From Euprymna scolopes (lineage: Eukaryota), in the NCBI GenBank assembly GCA_053919585.1, contig CM132784.1: a stretch of 64,000 bases of DNA; one strand, written 5' to 3'. Within the stretch, counting starts at the first letter, position 1. Each line of letters begins with the position of its first letter. The notes beneath the pieces were generated by a model, which saw only the letters and a list, made by a program, of their open reading frames with translations, searched no databases and had not been told where the DNA came from. The position numbers and the translations under genes were made by a program. Shown piece after piece: positions 40,922 through 54,192 of this stretch.

Positions 40922-40990
40922 GGGGTGTTGGTTTAGTTAGCAGAGTGCTCACCTCGCATGCAAGAGGCTCGGGTTTCGAATCCTTAGTTC
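40922..40990 (+). ncRNA. tRNA-Ala-derived head (not a functional tRNA)
   Basis: GGGGTGTTGGTTTAGTTAGCAGAGTGCTCACCTCGCATGCAAGAGGCTCGGGTTTCGAATCC resembles tRNA-Ala(CGC). No paired acceptor stem. Confidence 0.7.
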
Positions 40991-41091
40991 GGGTGTGCCT
41001 AAATGACTGAATGAAATGAGGGCGAAACTCGAGTCTTGGACTTCCGGTTCGTTACCTATCTTGGCTCTTTTTTGGAAGTGGAATTTGTTAT

Positions 41092-41151
<60 letters not shown>

Positions 41152-43099
41152 ATAAAGTGATGAATTCATTTTACTTTCTGTATTTATTTCCTCTGATTTT
41201 ATTTGTCCATTTTATTGGTCTACTTTACATATTTGTTTATTTGACTTTCTTGTTTTTTCTTGTTAATTTTTGTAATTCATTTATCCTTTCTTATCATACA
41301 TGTTTGCTTTTTTATCTCGTTCATTCATTTAAATATTTCATTCATTCATTTTTTAATTCATTATAGCTCCCTTTTTATTTGCTTTTTACTTCCCCTGTCG
41401 GTTCTTTCTCATTAGACATTTTGTTAAGTTATCATGTCTTACGTATTCTGCTTTTCAATTTTTTATTCGTTTTATCTGTCATAAGCTGTTCTTTATTTTT
41501 TTTATCGTTTCGTTTACTTTTTATTTTCCTCTCATTTTTCCATTTCAACTAATACTAAAACCTGAATTGCACATAAGCAATAATAATTTGATATTGAAAC
41601 AATTCATTACTATTTTAAGATTTTGATAACACTGCTCAACCTACAGTTTCCGATAAACGTTTATGGCAGTCTTCTACAAAAACACTGAGAAACACTTTTA
41701 AATGTGCATTTCAGAACTAAGAGGAGTGTTTCCGTCACATACTGACACTCAACATCCATTATAATGAGATATCTATATAGCAAACCCGCTACAGACTTTC
41801 ACAGCAAGATCGCATTAAAGGAGACAAAGAAAAGAAAATATAAAAAGAAAAAATCTGTCAACCAAAAAGAATGGGACCCGTAATTTGGCTTTAAAAAGAA
41901 AAAGAAAGAACATGTTTCTTTAACAGGCCGGCACCGTCCCATTTATGCTCGTCGTTCCAGACTGTACAGCTTGAGACCCACCGCCACCGTGGCCATCACC
42001 TCTTTTTGTAAACTGAGATTCCTTCGTCAGAAGACGATGTGCCATCCACCCACGATCGCACCCATACACGCATACCCGAATAACGACGAGACTGACGCCA
42101 TTTTTTCGACAGCAACGTGAGGAGACTTGGTATGTCGCCTGGCATCAAGGCACAGGCAGGAAACCGTGTTGCCAAAAGTGCTATGGAATCAATGATGGTG
42201 GTGGTGTAAGTAGAGTGTCTATGTAGGGTGGGGGTCTCTTACTTTTGGAAGAAAAAGGGAACAACGCTGATAAGTAATTTTCTATAGAACTTTTTGGTTA
42301 GTTTTATCGTTCATTTTTTTCTTTTTTTTTTCTTTCTCTATTATTATTTCTCCCTTTTTCTTTTTAATTTTCTTCTTTCTTTATTTCATTTTCTTTCTCT
42401 TTTGCTTTGCGTTTCGTTCGTTTTTTCGTCCCTCTCTTTTAAATTCTGTTCTTCTTCTTTTCTTTCATTTGACTTTTCTGGTTTTCCTTTTTATTATTAT
42501 TTCCTTTTTATTTACTTCGTTTTTATGCTTTCTATTTTCTTCTTTCTTTCAACTTTTTTCTTTATGTCTTTTTTACTCTTTCGTTTTGTTTTCTTTTTAT
42601 TTTCAGTTCGTTATTTTAATATTCTGTTTTTATATCTGTCCTTGTTTTTTTTTCTTTTCCTATGTCTCAGATTTCGTTTTCAGTTTTTGTTTGTTTTATG
42701 TTTCTACTTTATTACGACGTATTATCCGTCATCTTTAATTCGTTTATTTATTTGTATCTCCTATATTTTCCCCCATGTTCTTTTTCTAGTTTTCGTACTT
42801 TTTGCATTGATTTATTCTTTATTTAGCGTGTAGGGTGATATTGTTTTACCGCTTTTTTTTCCCATATTTCGCATATTAATCATAGCATCTAATTTCTTTC
42901 ATAAAATATCGCATTCCTGTTTACTCTCTTTTCTCTTTCTTCCCGTTTTCATTCGTTTTCTTAATTTTATTCTATTTTTATTCCTCATTACAATCCTATA
43001 TTTTTCTTTTCCTTCCTAATCTGCTTCCTTCCTTTCATTATTTTTTTGTTTCGTAGTATCTCCTTTCCTACATGGTCTTTATTGATTCTATTACTCTTA

Positions 43100-43667
43100 C
43101 TAACCCCAAAGAATGCACAGTGCCACTTGGATGTAAGGGACTACTATTTGCGACAGTATTTACATCGGCATTATGTGGCGAGTTATGCGACATGTCTGTT
43201 CACGTATCACTTGAACTTTTGCAGGTTAGTACAGTCAATCACGCAGGAGACCGGAAGGTAATTTCAAATCCTAGCTCTTCGAGAAGAAAAAACTGTAAGA
43301 GTAGAATGCTTTTCGAGGTATATGGATCTTCAGAGTAAAGGCATTAGATTTTGCCGTTTGTTAGTTGGGAGTATTTACACCAAGGAGGTAAAAGTGCTAC
43401 GAGTTTGTCTGGGTACATTTCAGTAAAATACTTGTAAAATCAACACAAGAATGCAACATTAGAGTGATGAGATAGAGGTTGATGTTTCATTGTTAATGCA
43501 TTGTTTATTAGGTTGGAAACTGATTTTTTTACCATGTCTAAGAAAAAGAGATAAGTGGAAGATATATCAGCCCAGATGTGACAACAACAATTGATGCTTG
43601 GGTGAGTGGTGACTTGGAAGAGATATATCATACACTCAAATGTGAGTAATTTTCTAAGACGGTACAC
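43100..43667 (-). mobile_element. Degenerate LINE subfamily B 3' fragment
   Basis: CCCHIWAD, QPLSHHSNVA and tail AGTGGCACTGTGCATTCTTTGGGG. Confidence 0.85.
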
Positions 43668-44849
43668 TTCTATTTCTCACAATATTCTTTCACTTCTGGA
43701 GTTCTTTATTCCCATTATATATATGAGACTTCTGAAACGGGACTTTACTTCTGAAACAACTTTCGTATAACCAATCGCGTTCCGATAGGCCATGAAAAGC
43801 CATCTTTAATCGCGGCAAAATTTATTTGATAATGGTGCTGACTAAAAAATCTATTTTGGAGCAAGATTGGTCGCTCATTTTAATATCGTTCGGTCTCTCT
43901 AGCTCTTCGATATTTTGAGTTAAAGTGTAAGAAGCTTTACCNNNNNNNNNNNNNNNNNNNNNNNNNNNNNNNNNNNNNNNNNNNNNNNNNNNNNNNNNNN
44001 NNNNNNNNNNNNNNNNNNNNNNNNNNNNNNNNNNNNNNNNNNNNNNNNNNNNNNNNNNNNNNNNNNNNNNNNNNNNNNNNNNNNACCAAAATCCAAGATT
44101 TTGTTTATCTTACTGTTTATTTTTTCAACATGTTAAAATGTTTCATAATTGACAGCACCTGTTTCATAGAGTAGAAACAATCATATAATTATTGTCAATT
44201 TCTAATTATTTTCCGCTTTGACTCATTAGAAGAATAAGAACCTATTAACTTAAAATATAAAAATAATTTGGGCATGCTTACATACATCTGAAAAATATAT
44301 CTTGGACATACATCTGAAAAAAAAAATCTCGAAACGTAGTTGCAATTGTTGTTTATGATATAACGCCATATTATTTCTTTAAAAAAATGTACATCAAATC
44401 AAAACAAACAAAACATGCATAAGCAGTAAATGTAGATAGTGAGAAAAGAGACGAGCATATAAACAATATTGTAAGCGAATTCAGCAAACGTTATAAAAAT
44501 ACATAACGTTTAAGTTCGCGTTTATTTATTACAAAAGAAAACCAATTTTTGATGAAACATTTCATTACATGTTTACATGTAAATGAAATGAAATTCAGCA
44601 ACGTATAATATAACATAACTAAATGGAATACCTTTTTGGTGAGCATGCTTAAAGGATTTCATTTGACATTATATACAGTATATTTGCTGAACATTGACTA
44701 TCTCGAATAATAGTATGACACTCATTATTTTGTTGTTTGTCATACGTGTAGCAAAATGGAAAATTGATTATTTTTTCTGTTAAAAAGACTACAGCTTCAT
44801 TTATCGCATCCCAGAGAACAGGTGGTTTATGCTAATAGTTAATAAAAAG

Positions 44850-45080
44850 GAAATCGTAGATTTCGCTACGCAGGAGGCAAAAACACAAAGTAAATACATA
44901 AAACTCGCCAGAAAACTGAAACGGATGTACAACGTGAGGAAACTTACTATAACAGAAATAATTATAGAAACACTAGAAAAAATAGTTAAAAATTAGAAAA
45001 ATTGAGATCAAATTTATGATGACGATTGAACAACGAACATCAATGACGAGCAGAGCAAAATTATTAAAGTTCGTCTATTA
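44850..45080 (+). mobile_element. R4/Dong-like REL endonuclease remnant
   Basis: VDFA...KYIKLARKLKRMYNV...IIIETL. Confidence 0.5.
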
Positions 45081-45761
45081 ATCCATATAAGAGCTAACTA
45101 AAGATAAGTCGGAATAAACAAATTTTAAATATATATACACGTCGGTGGCACTAACCTATGATTATATAACTCATTCTTGTCGGGAAAGATCAAGAGATAA
45201 GAGAGACTGACGATGGAGATTACCGAGCAGTCATTCACTGTATGACTGGGGGTAGCTCGTTGCTTTTCATATTCCGAATAAGATCAACGGGTATTGAAGG
45301 CTAGAAATTGACACTAAATTGCTCATGCGATAAAGAAAAGCAAAACTTGCAATACTTCCGAAACAGGTGGAGTATCTGTAAATCTGTGTTAAGTTGTCAC
45401 CCAGATTCCAGGTGACACTCAAATAGCAATCAATGTTAATGAGTAGGGTGAAAACTTTTAGTGAGTAGAATTATAATAAGCAAACACATTGAATTTGCAC
45501 GTTAACTGAAGGACCACTTTAGGTAAATCTGAAATTATTACTAGGAGAAAATGGATGAATGTAACAGCACGCGAAACAGCACTGAAAACGACTAACATGT
45601 TTGCAGTAGCATAACATACTTTCATAAAAAATGAGTAACGCCGATTGACAACAGAAAATATAAAAATGCGCACATAATCAAATCGGTCAAGCAATTGTAA
45701 CATGCTGATTCATAAAAATATAAAAAAATAGTTGTAAAACTGTACAATATTAATACTCAGT

Positions 45762-45834
45762 CACGTTGAAAGGCCGAGTGTAATGGAATCATTGAAGTTA
45801 AGCAATGCTGGGCATTGTCAATACTTAATGCGTA
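45762..45834 (+). pseudogene. 5S rRNA-derived fragment (pseudogene or SINE3 head)
   Basis: CACGTTGAAA...ATCATTGAAGTTAAGCAATGCTGGGC...ATACTTAATG follows invertebrate 5S. Confidence 0.6.
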
Positions 45835-46289
45835 ATGGTTTGCATTACCAAGTTTCGTAATATAAAACGTGGAAAATACCGTCAAGTTATTTTCTCTAAA
45901 TCTCTTTAGAAACTGTACAAATTGAGTCTGTCTAAACATTAGTGACCCAGTAAAATCAATGGCTTTCAAGCCTGGATGTAAAAACTAATTTGGAAGAAGA
46001 AACGCAATGAAATAACAATATTCCTTGTTTACCACAGCTTACCTGCTTTGATGTCAATATGCTACTTGACATAAAATAACAAATCATTGCATTTGTATAT
46101 TTTGCAATCGCGCAAGTATAATTAAGAAGAATAAAAGAGAAAGCAAGAACATAATGAGACTCATCGTTACCTTATCAGAATCCAGAATTGGCTTTCAAAT
46201 CTAGTGGAGAAAAATATTTTTATCACATCGATGAAATACATTGCTTTCTTCCTCAGTCTACCAAACGTCAAGCGAAATTTCCACGGACT

Positions 46290-47530
46290 AAAGAAGTAGT
46301 CAAACACCTCAGCAGAAATAACCTTCGTAGTGACATGCGATATGGTTCCCGTTCTGCTAGATCTACAGAAGATGTGCTAACGGTTATATCTCATAGGATT
46401 AGTGAGTCTCTCGAAAAAGGCGTCCATTCTACGGCAAATGATCTTGACATATCAAATGACTTCGATAAGGCATGTCATAAAGACATACTACACAAGATTT
46501 CCAGCTACGGTATAACTGGAAATGTTTTCTCAATCATTGAATTGTTTCTCTCTGATAGGCTCAAAAGAGTAGTGGTTGATGGGCAGAAATCAGAGGCCCA
46601 GAGTATTAATGCTGGAGTTCCTGAGATGTCCATCCTATGCCCGACTCTCTTCCTGATCTACATTAATGATCTCCCAAAACACATACTTAAATCATTCGTT
46701 TACATTTATGCTGATGACACGACCATATATGGCAACACACCAAAGGCCGAAAATGACAAAATGTCTCTGATTCTCTCTCCTCTGATCTTAAGCGCCTGGT
46801 CCAATAGGGGAGGAGGTGGCTGGTTACTTTTAATGCATCTAAAACCAAGCTCCTATCTTTACATCATCAACGCTCTGATCCCCATCTGGCATCAATTGAA
46901 ATGGATGGCTCTCATCTTGAGGAGGCTTCATGTTTTGACAAGCTTCTGGGCTTGCTCTTTACTTTTGATCTGAAATAGAACACGTACATTAAGTCTGTTG
47001 CCAGGGTCGCTGGAAAAATGGTAGGATCCTTCTACCACTTCAGAAGATATCTCACTACTGATGTTATTTTCTATCTATATAAAAGCCAAGTACATCCAAG
47101 GATTGAGTTCTGTTGCCACATCTGGTCAGGAGCTGCTAAAAATAGCCTATCCTTCCTTGACGGAGTACAAAATAGACTTCGTGGGTTAGTGGGGGATGTC
47201 CTTTTCTCTTCCCTGCAAACTCTTTCCCACGGAAGAGACGTTGCGAGCATGTCTTTTTATTTTGTTAGATTCCATGAACAACGCTTCTTCCTTAGAAGTG
47301 CACGCCTGTGAAACTCTGTTCTGTTTTCCTGTTTCCCACCTGACTACAACTTGGATGTCTTCAAGTCCAACATAAACAAAGTCCTGATAAACTGCCCCCT
47401 TTATTAAGACTATCAAATCTCCATTACTAATGATTACTACGATATTATCCCGTTGATTACTGTACATGCAATAACCCTTATCGCCGAGTGGCGTCCGGGC
47501 CTTGAAAAGTGGTGACTACCATGTAAAAAA
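46290..47530 (+). mobile_element. LINE subfamily A copy, mutated and internally deleted
   Basis: EVVKHL, AGVPE, YADDTTIYG, QVHPRIEFCCHIW and the family tail. Confidence 0.95.
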
Positions 47531-47789
47531 ATATAGATTCGCAAGGGATACTTTGATGTGGAAAACATTGATAGAAAAGTGCTTTTCCTGCAGATAAAAA
47601 TTTGGTCGTCTTGAATACCAAGTTCACAGATATTATCCAAATCTGTTCCAACAAGTATTCAAACTAGATTCTGATAATCATTCTTATTCAACCTTGTCGT
47701 CAAGCTTTACTTGGCTTTGATAAATGGTAAGCATTTAGTAAAAATAATATCTTTAGAAGTTAAACGAAGTCATCAAGCTTAAAGTATAT

Positions 47790-47855
47790 ACACATCCGTT
47801 TAGTAAGATGCCCGTAGTTAAGTGACGTTGAGCTAGATTACTATTAATGAGTGGC
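47790..47855 (+). pseudogene. 5S rRNA-derived fragment
   Basis: GATGCCCGTAGTTAAGTGACGTTGAGCTAGATTACTATTAATGAGTG resembles the 5S internal control region. Confidence 0.5.
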
Positions 47856-48159
47856 ATATTTAAAAAAAAAGGTGTTTGTAAAACAAATTTTAAATTTCTC
47901 TACGAATCTAAACTAAGAATTTAGTATGATACATATATATATAAAATTAAGTATTTGTATGTATTTTACTGGCTACGAGCTTTTGTTAGGCAAACATATT
48001 ATACATCAATTGATTGATTTGAGAACATTGTATGAGCACAAATTATGGTTTGAAAATTTAAATATTTCACATTTGCATTGAATTTGGTTTATACTCATTA
48101 GACACTGATTAAGCCTTAAACTGGAGAGATGTGTTTTAAAAGGGAGTAACCAATTATCT

Positions 48160-48375
48160 AAACCCGAAGGTCACTGGAGGATAAGGGTTAATAAACGTAT
48201 AGTGGTTAACAAGAAAACAGCATAATATCGTTAGTGGTAGAAATTGGGTATAATTTGTATCAAATATTATCATATTATTTAAGGGACAGCTCAATAAGAA
48301 CTTGTTTACATTGGGCATGAATATGAAGATATTGTAGTCAGCTAGAAAGCCAAACAGCGGAAGAGAGTTGAATGG
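48160..48375 (-). mobile_element. LINE subfamily A short 3' fragment
   Basis: GATAAGGGTTA tail; NSLPLFGFLADYN...PNVNKFL on minus. Confidence 0.75.
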
Positions 48376-49757
48376 GTTGGATGTTCTACATACAAAATGA
48401 TATAATGAATTTTGATGAAAATTTGAACAAGGATTCTAGACACAAGTTAATGTATTTTTATATTTTGATTCAGGTCTTCAAAAGGGGGCATACAAGTGGA
48501 ATAAAATATTCTGTTAGAGAAACAAAGTATAACCACTCTGGAGCGGTAATTCGCCTAGTTGCTTTTAAAATAATATAATAGTTTATCATCTGTGTTCAAA
48601 TCGATAATAAACCGAAAATTAGTAAAAGTAATGAGAAACTGAAATGTTGGAGAGAAGATCGCTGCCATCTAATTTTGTCATTAATTTTGGTGTCCTGTTA
48701 GTGTCTACAGCGACACGATGAACGCAACCCTTAACGAAAGCGTCTTTACAACCAGCAACTCCACGGTTTTCAACGACTCCAAAGAGTTTAACAGCACCAA
48801 CACCAACCCCACATAAGAAATAAATAGCATGAACAACATTAAGTTTGTCGTTGTAAATAAATAATTCAATATCAAGCTCCGCCTTAAGTAAAACGAAGAC
48901 CAACCAAAAAGGACTATCAAGAAAAACATGGCAACCAACGAAGGAATTAGGGGGAAATATCCAAACCTTACCAATACCCTTTGCAATATTAAAAAAAATA
49001 AACAATCTTAAAGATACCACAGAAAACATTTTATAAAAAAATAAGGAAAAAAATTCGTTTCCTGCTGTTCATAACCCCGCCCGACCTCAACTTTCTCCAC
49101 GATCCTTAAGCCAGGACTTTTCTGGTAGTTGTCGCGAGACATTCCTTCAATTAGTCAAACCCACAAGTGCACAAGGCGGAATATATTCTCCCCTAACCGC
49201 TGCCTTTCCTTTCTGCAAGGCAATCGGGCGGCCGCCTGCCAGACGACTTGCCAAGCAAGTATCCCCCTTACCGACACCAAATATTAATTGTTGTCTCCCT
49301 ACCTCCGTAGCATTGGTTCGCGTGGGTAACACGCTACCAGGACCAAGGTAGAGTTGCCAAAGAAAACGGGGGCAGAGAAGGATCGCAGGTTGGTTTGTTA
49401 ACAACATTGAAAGTGAGTGGTGGAGTAATTCTTCCTTTTTATTTTGACTATATAAGACTACATAAGTTTAGAGTCTCGAATTACCTCCCCTTATGCCTTC
49501 TTTAACGATAGCTCTATTTTGCCCAAAAGAAGTGAAAAATTGAGGTCGAAAGAAAGAGAATTCTTTCTAACTATCCTTCTCACTCTTTTCTTTCTTGTTT
49601 CCCTTTTCGTTATTTTTTCGTTTTTTTTTTCTTTCTTTGAGCTTTCTTTTTAATTTGTATTGCATTACTTGTTTCGTTTCTTATTTTTTCTTATATGTCT
49701 AGGTATTTATTTACTGCTTTTCATCCATCTATCTTATTAGCAACTACTTTAACATGC

Positions 49758-49812
<55 letters not shown>

Positions 49813-49930
49813 GTCTGTAGCAAGAATATGGGAGTAGTTGTGAGAGTAGTTGCTAAAAATATCTATCTCTTTAGCAACTACTCTCACATTCTCATTATGT
49901 AATATATATATATATATATATATATATACT

Positions 49931-49980
<50 letters not shown>

Positions 49981-52309
49981 CTTGTGCCTATATACATCTT
50001 TATTATTATTAGTATTGTTTTTTAGCTGAGCCAATCCAAATTTATTTCCTTAAAAAAGAAAATCATAAATCTATTCCAAAACTAAATCTTAAAATATTTC
50101 TTGATTTTTGATTCAGCTAGCTTCGAAAAGAAACACGAGTCCATTTCAATAGTTAAACTTAGTAGTATTGGTAAATCATTCTTTAAGTACACCATTTTCA
50201 CTTTTTTACACTGTATGCTGTTTGACACTGTAACGTTTATTTCTGTATGCTCTTTTTGTCTTCATAACAAATCATCTGTAAGAAATAAGAACAGTAGTAA
50301 GAAAAAAGGTAATGAAAATGTAATAGTTTATTATAAACAACATGACTTACCATGACAATCAATACTTTTGTAAAAAATCTTAGAATAATATTTTAACTCA
50401 ATAAGTTGAAGTAATCGACAGAGTCTGTCTCTCCGACTGAAACGTCGGTAATCACATTGTCTCCAGAGTAAAGAGAAACAAATAAATTCCTTCTTGGACT
50501 TAAACTAACTGAACGTGGATTTGCTGTCATATTATACAATGAACTACAGAAATTTTGCTATATTCCAAATATTATTACCTCTTTTCAAAGAAACATAGTT
50601 TTATTGCATATTGTCATCCGCCATCATATCGACGTGACTGATCAGGATACTTTAAGGTGATATTGTACTGTTAATGGCCAGGTAGGTTATAAATTGAGTT
50701 TTAGTGGTTAGATTGCTGGTACGCCGTTTTCTTTATTCTTATTGTTATATTCTGACACAAGGATAACTAACATGATATAAAAGAACACTTTTATTTTATT
50801 GTTTTATTTCGAATTCCTCACAGTGTTTATATATAACGGCGTCATGCTCCCAGGAATTATTGTATTTTAGTTGGGAGAATCTGTCCCTTGCCTCTTGTAG
50901 GCAGTGCTCTCTTCAATGCCTGAGTGTCGACAAACATACCAAAACATTTTTGGGCAAAATTAAGGTTCACAATTTTCTTGGACAATTAATTCGGCCGGAA
51001 TGGTCTTATTATGCCTAATCATCGCATATTATCAATGGCTTTTTCTTGTATTCCTATTGTCACGCGAACTTAAGGATATTAAAAAAAAAAACACAGCGCT
51101 GGAAAATTCATCATAGCTGCCAAAATAAAGTGCCATTTTCCAAGATCAAACCTTGGACACTTTGGTGAGAAATGGATACATTGCCTGCCGTCGCTGCGTT
51201 TTTATTAGAGAGGGATTTGTCGCGTCTACCCGGAATATTTTAAAGGAAAAATGGACTTCAGACTAAAAACTGACTTTTAACAATTTCTTTATATCCGCGA
51301 ATCGTTTTGCAACGTAATATTTAATCTTCCTCCACGGTGTCGTTACATTTTAACACGCGGACCCACATGAGGCAGTCGCAAAGGTACAAAACGGAAAGAA
51401 ATTCGACTAGTTTTTCAGTTAAAATGGAGGGTATTTATTCATGATACATTCTAAACTAACATATTGCATCTAGCTTTCAAGGTCTTCTTTGTTTATCTCG
51501 TCTGTCGATACGGGCTTAAAATCATCTCAAGCCACCACGAGGCAAGTTGTCTGTCAGAGCGGTACGCGTTTGTGGTGCATTTTCGTTTTTTTCTTCCTCT
51601 TTTTTTTACCTCCCCTGTGACGTCACATCACGCACCGGATTAGTTATTTAAATATGTTTCATGTGCTAACACGCATCGCTGACGCTCTTACAGTTTTGCT
51701 CTTTTTCGTATTCTAGGATATAGCGTTAATGGTAGGTTGAATGATGGGCATGTTTTTTTTTTAATCTACATAAAGTATTATCTTCAATAAAGTGTTTGTC
51801 TATATACACAAAGTTTCACCTCCTTCCAAAAAGATGAAATTAAGAATTCATCGCGTCTTTGTCGGTATCTTCCTGTGATTATGTTATTTTGTAGTCATAA
51901 AATAATACTTATATTTTCATGCTATTTATATATTTAATACTCAAGTGGATTTACAATTAACACCTATCGCTCTGGAAACATCAGTTTCCTGAGTTGTACA
52001 TTTCCTGGGAAATATCTATTGCCGTTTTATCAAAGAACTGTATCGCTATATCACTAATTTCAGTGTGGTTCGACTAAAGAATTTCTAAGCAACATTCAAA
52101 TTCGACTGTTTTCCAACAAAGACACGAGCAAGTAGAATTTAAATGTCGATAAAAACACAATCAGTTGCAAATATTTTACGCTTGGAAATTCTCAGGACTG
52201 CTGATGGTAGTAGATGATATCGCTTCCACAGTGCTCAACCGACATATAAAGTGGGGTAATATTTACGCATACACGGAGGGTTCCACGACATCACAGCTTT
52301 ACTGTGTAA

Positions 52310-52377
<68 letters not shown>

Positions 52378-52378
<1 letters not shown>

Positions 52379-53272
52379 TAGACTACCTGTGACCCGTTGG
52401 GTCAGTTTGTTATATTAGCTATGGAATTCATGTATGAGCGTGACACTTCTGACGTAAATAAAATAGTTTTTTGACATAACAGAAACATTTGTATGAAAGT
52501 ATATTAAAATGAAAAATAACGGACGGATCACTCAAACATGGAAAAAAACCCTCCCTATTCGTGTAAAGTTACCTATTTTCCGAATAATAGCTCAAAAATC
52601 GAAAATTAAACATGATTTTCTACGAATCGAATGCCGATGAAAGTCATTTAGCAGCAAAAATGCACATGAACCTTCCGATGATAAGTATAAGAATGAAAAA
52701 CCCATATTGGAATCCTTCAACCAAGTTATAGAAACTTAAACTCTAAAAAAAAATATATATGTATAAAGCCTGAAGCAAAAAAATAAAATCTAAATAAATA
52801 AAATAAAACTAATATTGAAACAGATTAGTAAATGTGTCAACAAATTAACCGTCTTCGCACAACTATTTTGTATCTAGAAATGCAAACAAAAAATAAAAAA
52901 GAAGGAAGGGAAGAAGGAAAAGGGACGGATAAATAGTAGTAGTGGTAGTAGTAGTCTTGCTTTACTACAATTGTTCTTATGTGTTTGTCAACAGGTTAAA
53001 GTTGTTTAGTTGTAAGATAATAGCGACAGTATAGTTGCCATAAAGAATAGTTGTAAAACACCCCACCCTTCCCATGCTAAATAATAATTTCGAAATAATA
53101 ACGTTAATATTTCAGTGAGCAGGTTAAAATCGGCAAAAGAAGCAATTTGTATTTATTTGTTAACGTTGTTGTGGGTTAATGCTTATGTGCGCATGCGCAA
53201 CCGGATGTCGTAAACCGGAAAGTAGGTTACATCACTCGTTACAAGGTCATTTGAGTTTTATAATTATATAGA
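52378..53272 (-). mobile_element. Non-autonomous Helitron
   Basis: (TA)n A|CTAG with hairpin TGACCCGTTGGGTCA; far end TTTTATAATTATATAGA|T. Confidence 0.65.
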
Positions 53273-53842
53273 TATATATGTGTGTGTGTAGAAAGAGAGA
53301 GAGAGAGAGGGAGATAGAGAGAGAAACAGAGAGAACCAGAAAGAGAGACAGACAGACAGATAGACAGACAGATAATAAGAGAGAAAGAAAGGGAACTAAA
53401 GGTAAATGATAAAAGAATAAAACTAAAGAATATAGATGGAAGGAACGAAATGAAAAAAGGATGAAGAGGATAGAGAGAAGGGTGAAAGATGGAGACCATT
53501 TGTTACATAATGCTATGCATATCAAGTAAAAATAAAAACAAAAAAGACGCTGACCTCAGTTGAAACAGTAAAAAATGTGCAAGTTAGTAATCTGATGCTT
53601 TTTAACAATTCCCGAAATTCTTACCGAATTTTTATTCTTTTGTCTTAAATATGTTTGTGCGTTTTTTTGCCAAATGTTCTACCATCTGAAACAAAGACAT
53701 GCGATTTTGCCTCTTCACAATTCTTCTTGCAACTTCTTCTGAAATAAGGAGTTTTAGAAGGCCCCTTTCCATATCAAACACCTGGTGGTTTACATCCTGT
53801 ACAATAACGCTACGACTTAGATAATGAAAATGAAAATGTCAC

Positions 53843-53918
<76 letters not shown>

Positions 53919-53995
53919 AATAAGTGGGTAGTCACCAACAGTGTGTATTTTTTAACATTATTTTATTATTCCGTGTCTTGGTTTTTCATTGAGTA

Positions 53996-54155
53996 CTAGC
54001 GAGGGGTACCCGGCGTTGCCCGGGTGTTTGTAGGGGGTGTGGTGTTAAATAAAAAAAGAAGCCGGGGGTAGGATCGAGGCCGAACCCCTGAGGCGAAGTT
54101 TGAAAATAAAATCGGCCAGCCAGAAGTGAAAGATGTTTGAAAGTCGTCGAGCGTT

Positions 54156-54192
<37 letters not shown>

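Larger units (their letters stand above)
40554..41094 (+). mobile_element. (TA)n-flanked element with ~100-bp terminal inverted segments, a tRNA-Ala-like head and three hammerhead motifs
   Basis: 40576-40676 is the reverse complement of about 40988-41091. Hammerhead motifs at 40623-40667(-), 40685-40724(+) and 40997-41041(+). (TA)n on both sides. Confidence 0.8.

Noticed and set aside
40922-40990. Functional tRNA gene
   Set aside because: D arm and acceptor stem are disrupted, and it lies within a repeat.
42020-42040. CTGACGAAGG on minus, and other isolated CTGATGA hits (16520, 34400, 62210)
   Set aside because: No stem II plus GAAA plus cleavage triplet.
42294-42833. 179-aa F/L-rich ORF (also 30535-30876, 34950-35369, 24644-24931)
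   Set aside because: T-rich or purine-rich low-complexity DNA lacks stops by composition; not a membrane protein gene.
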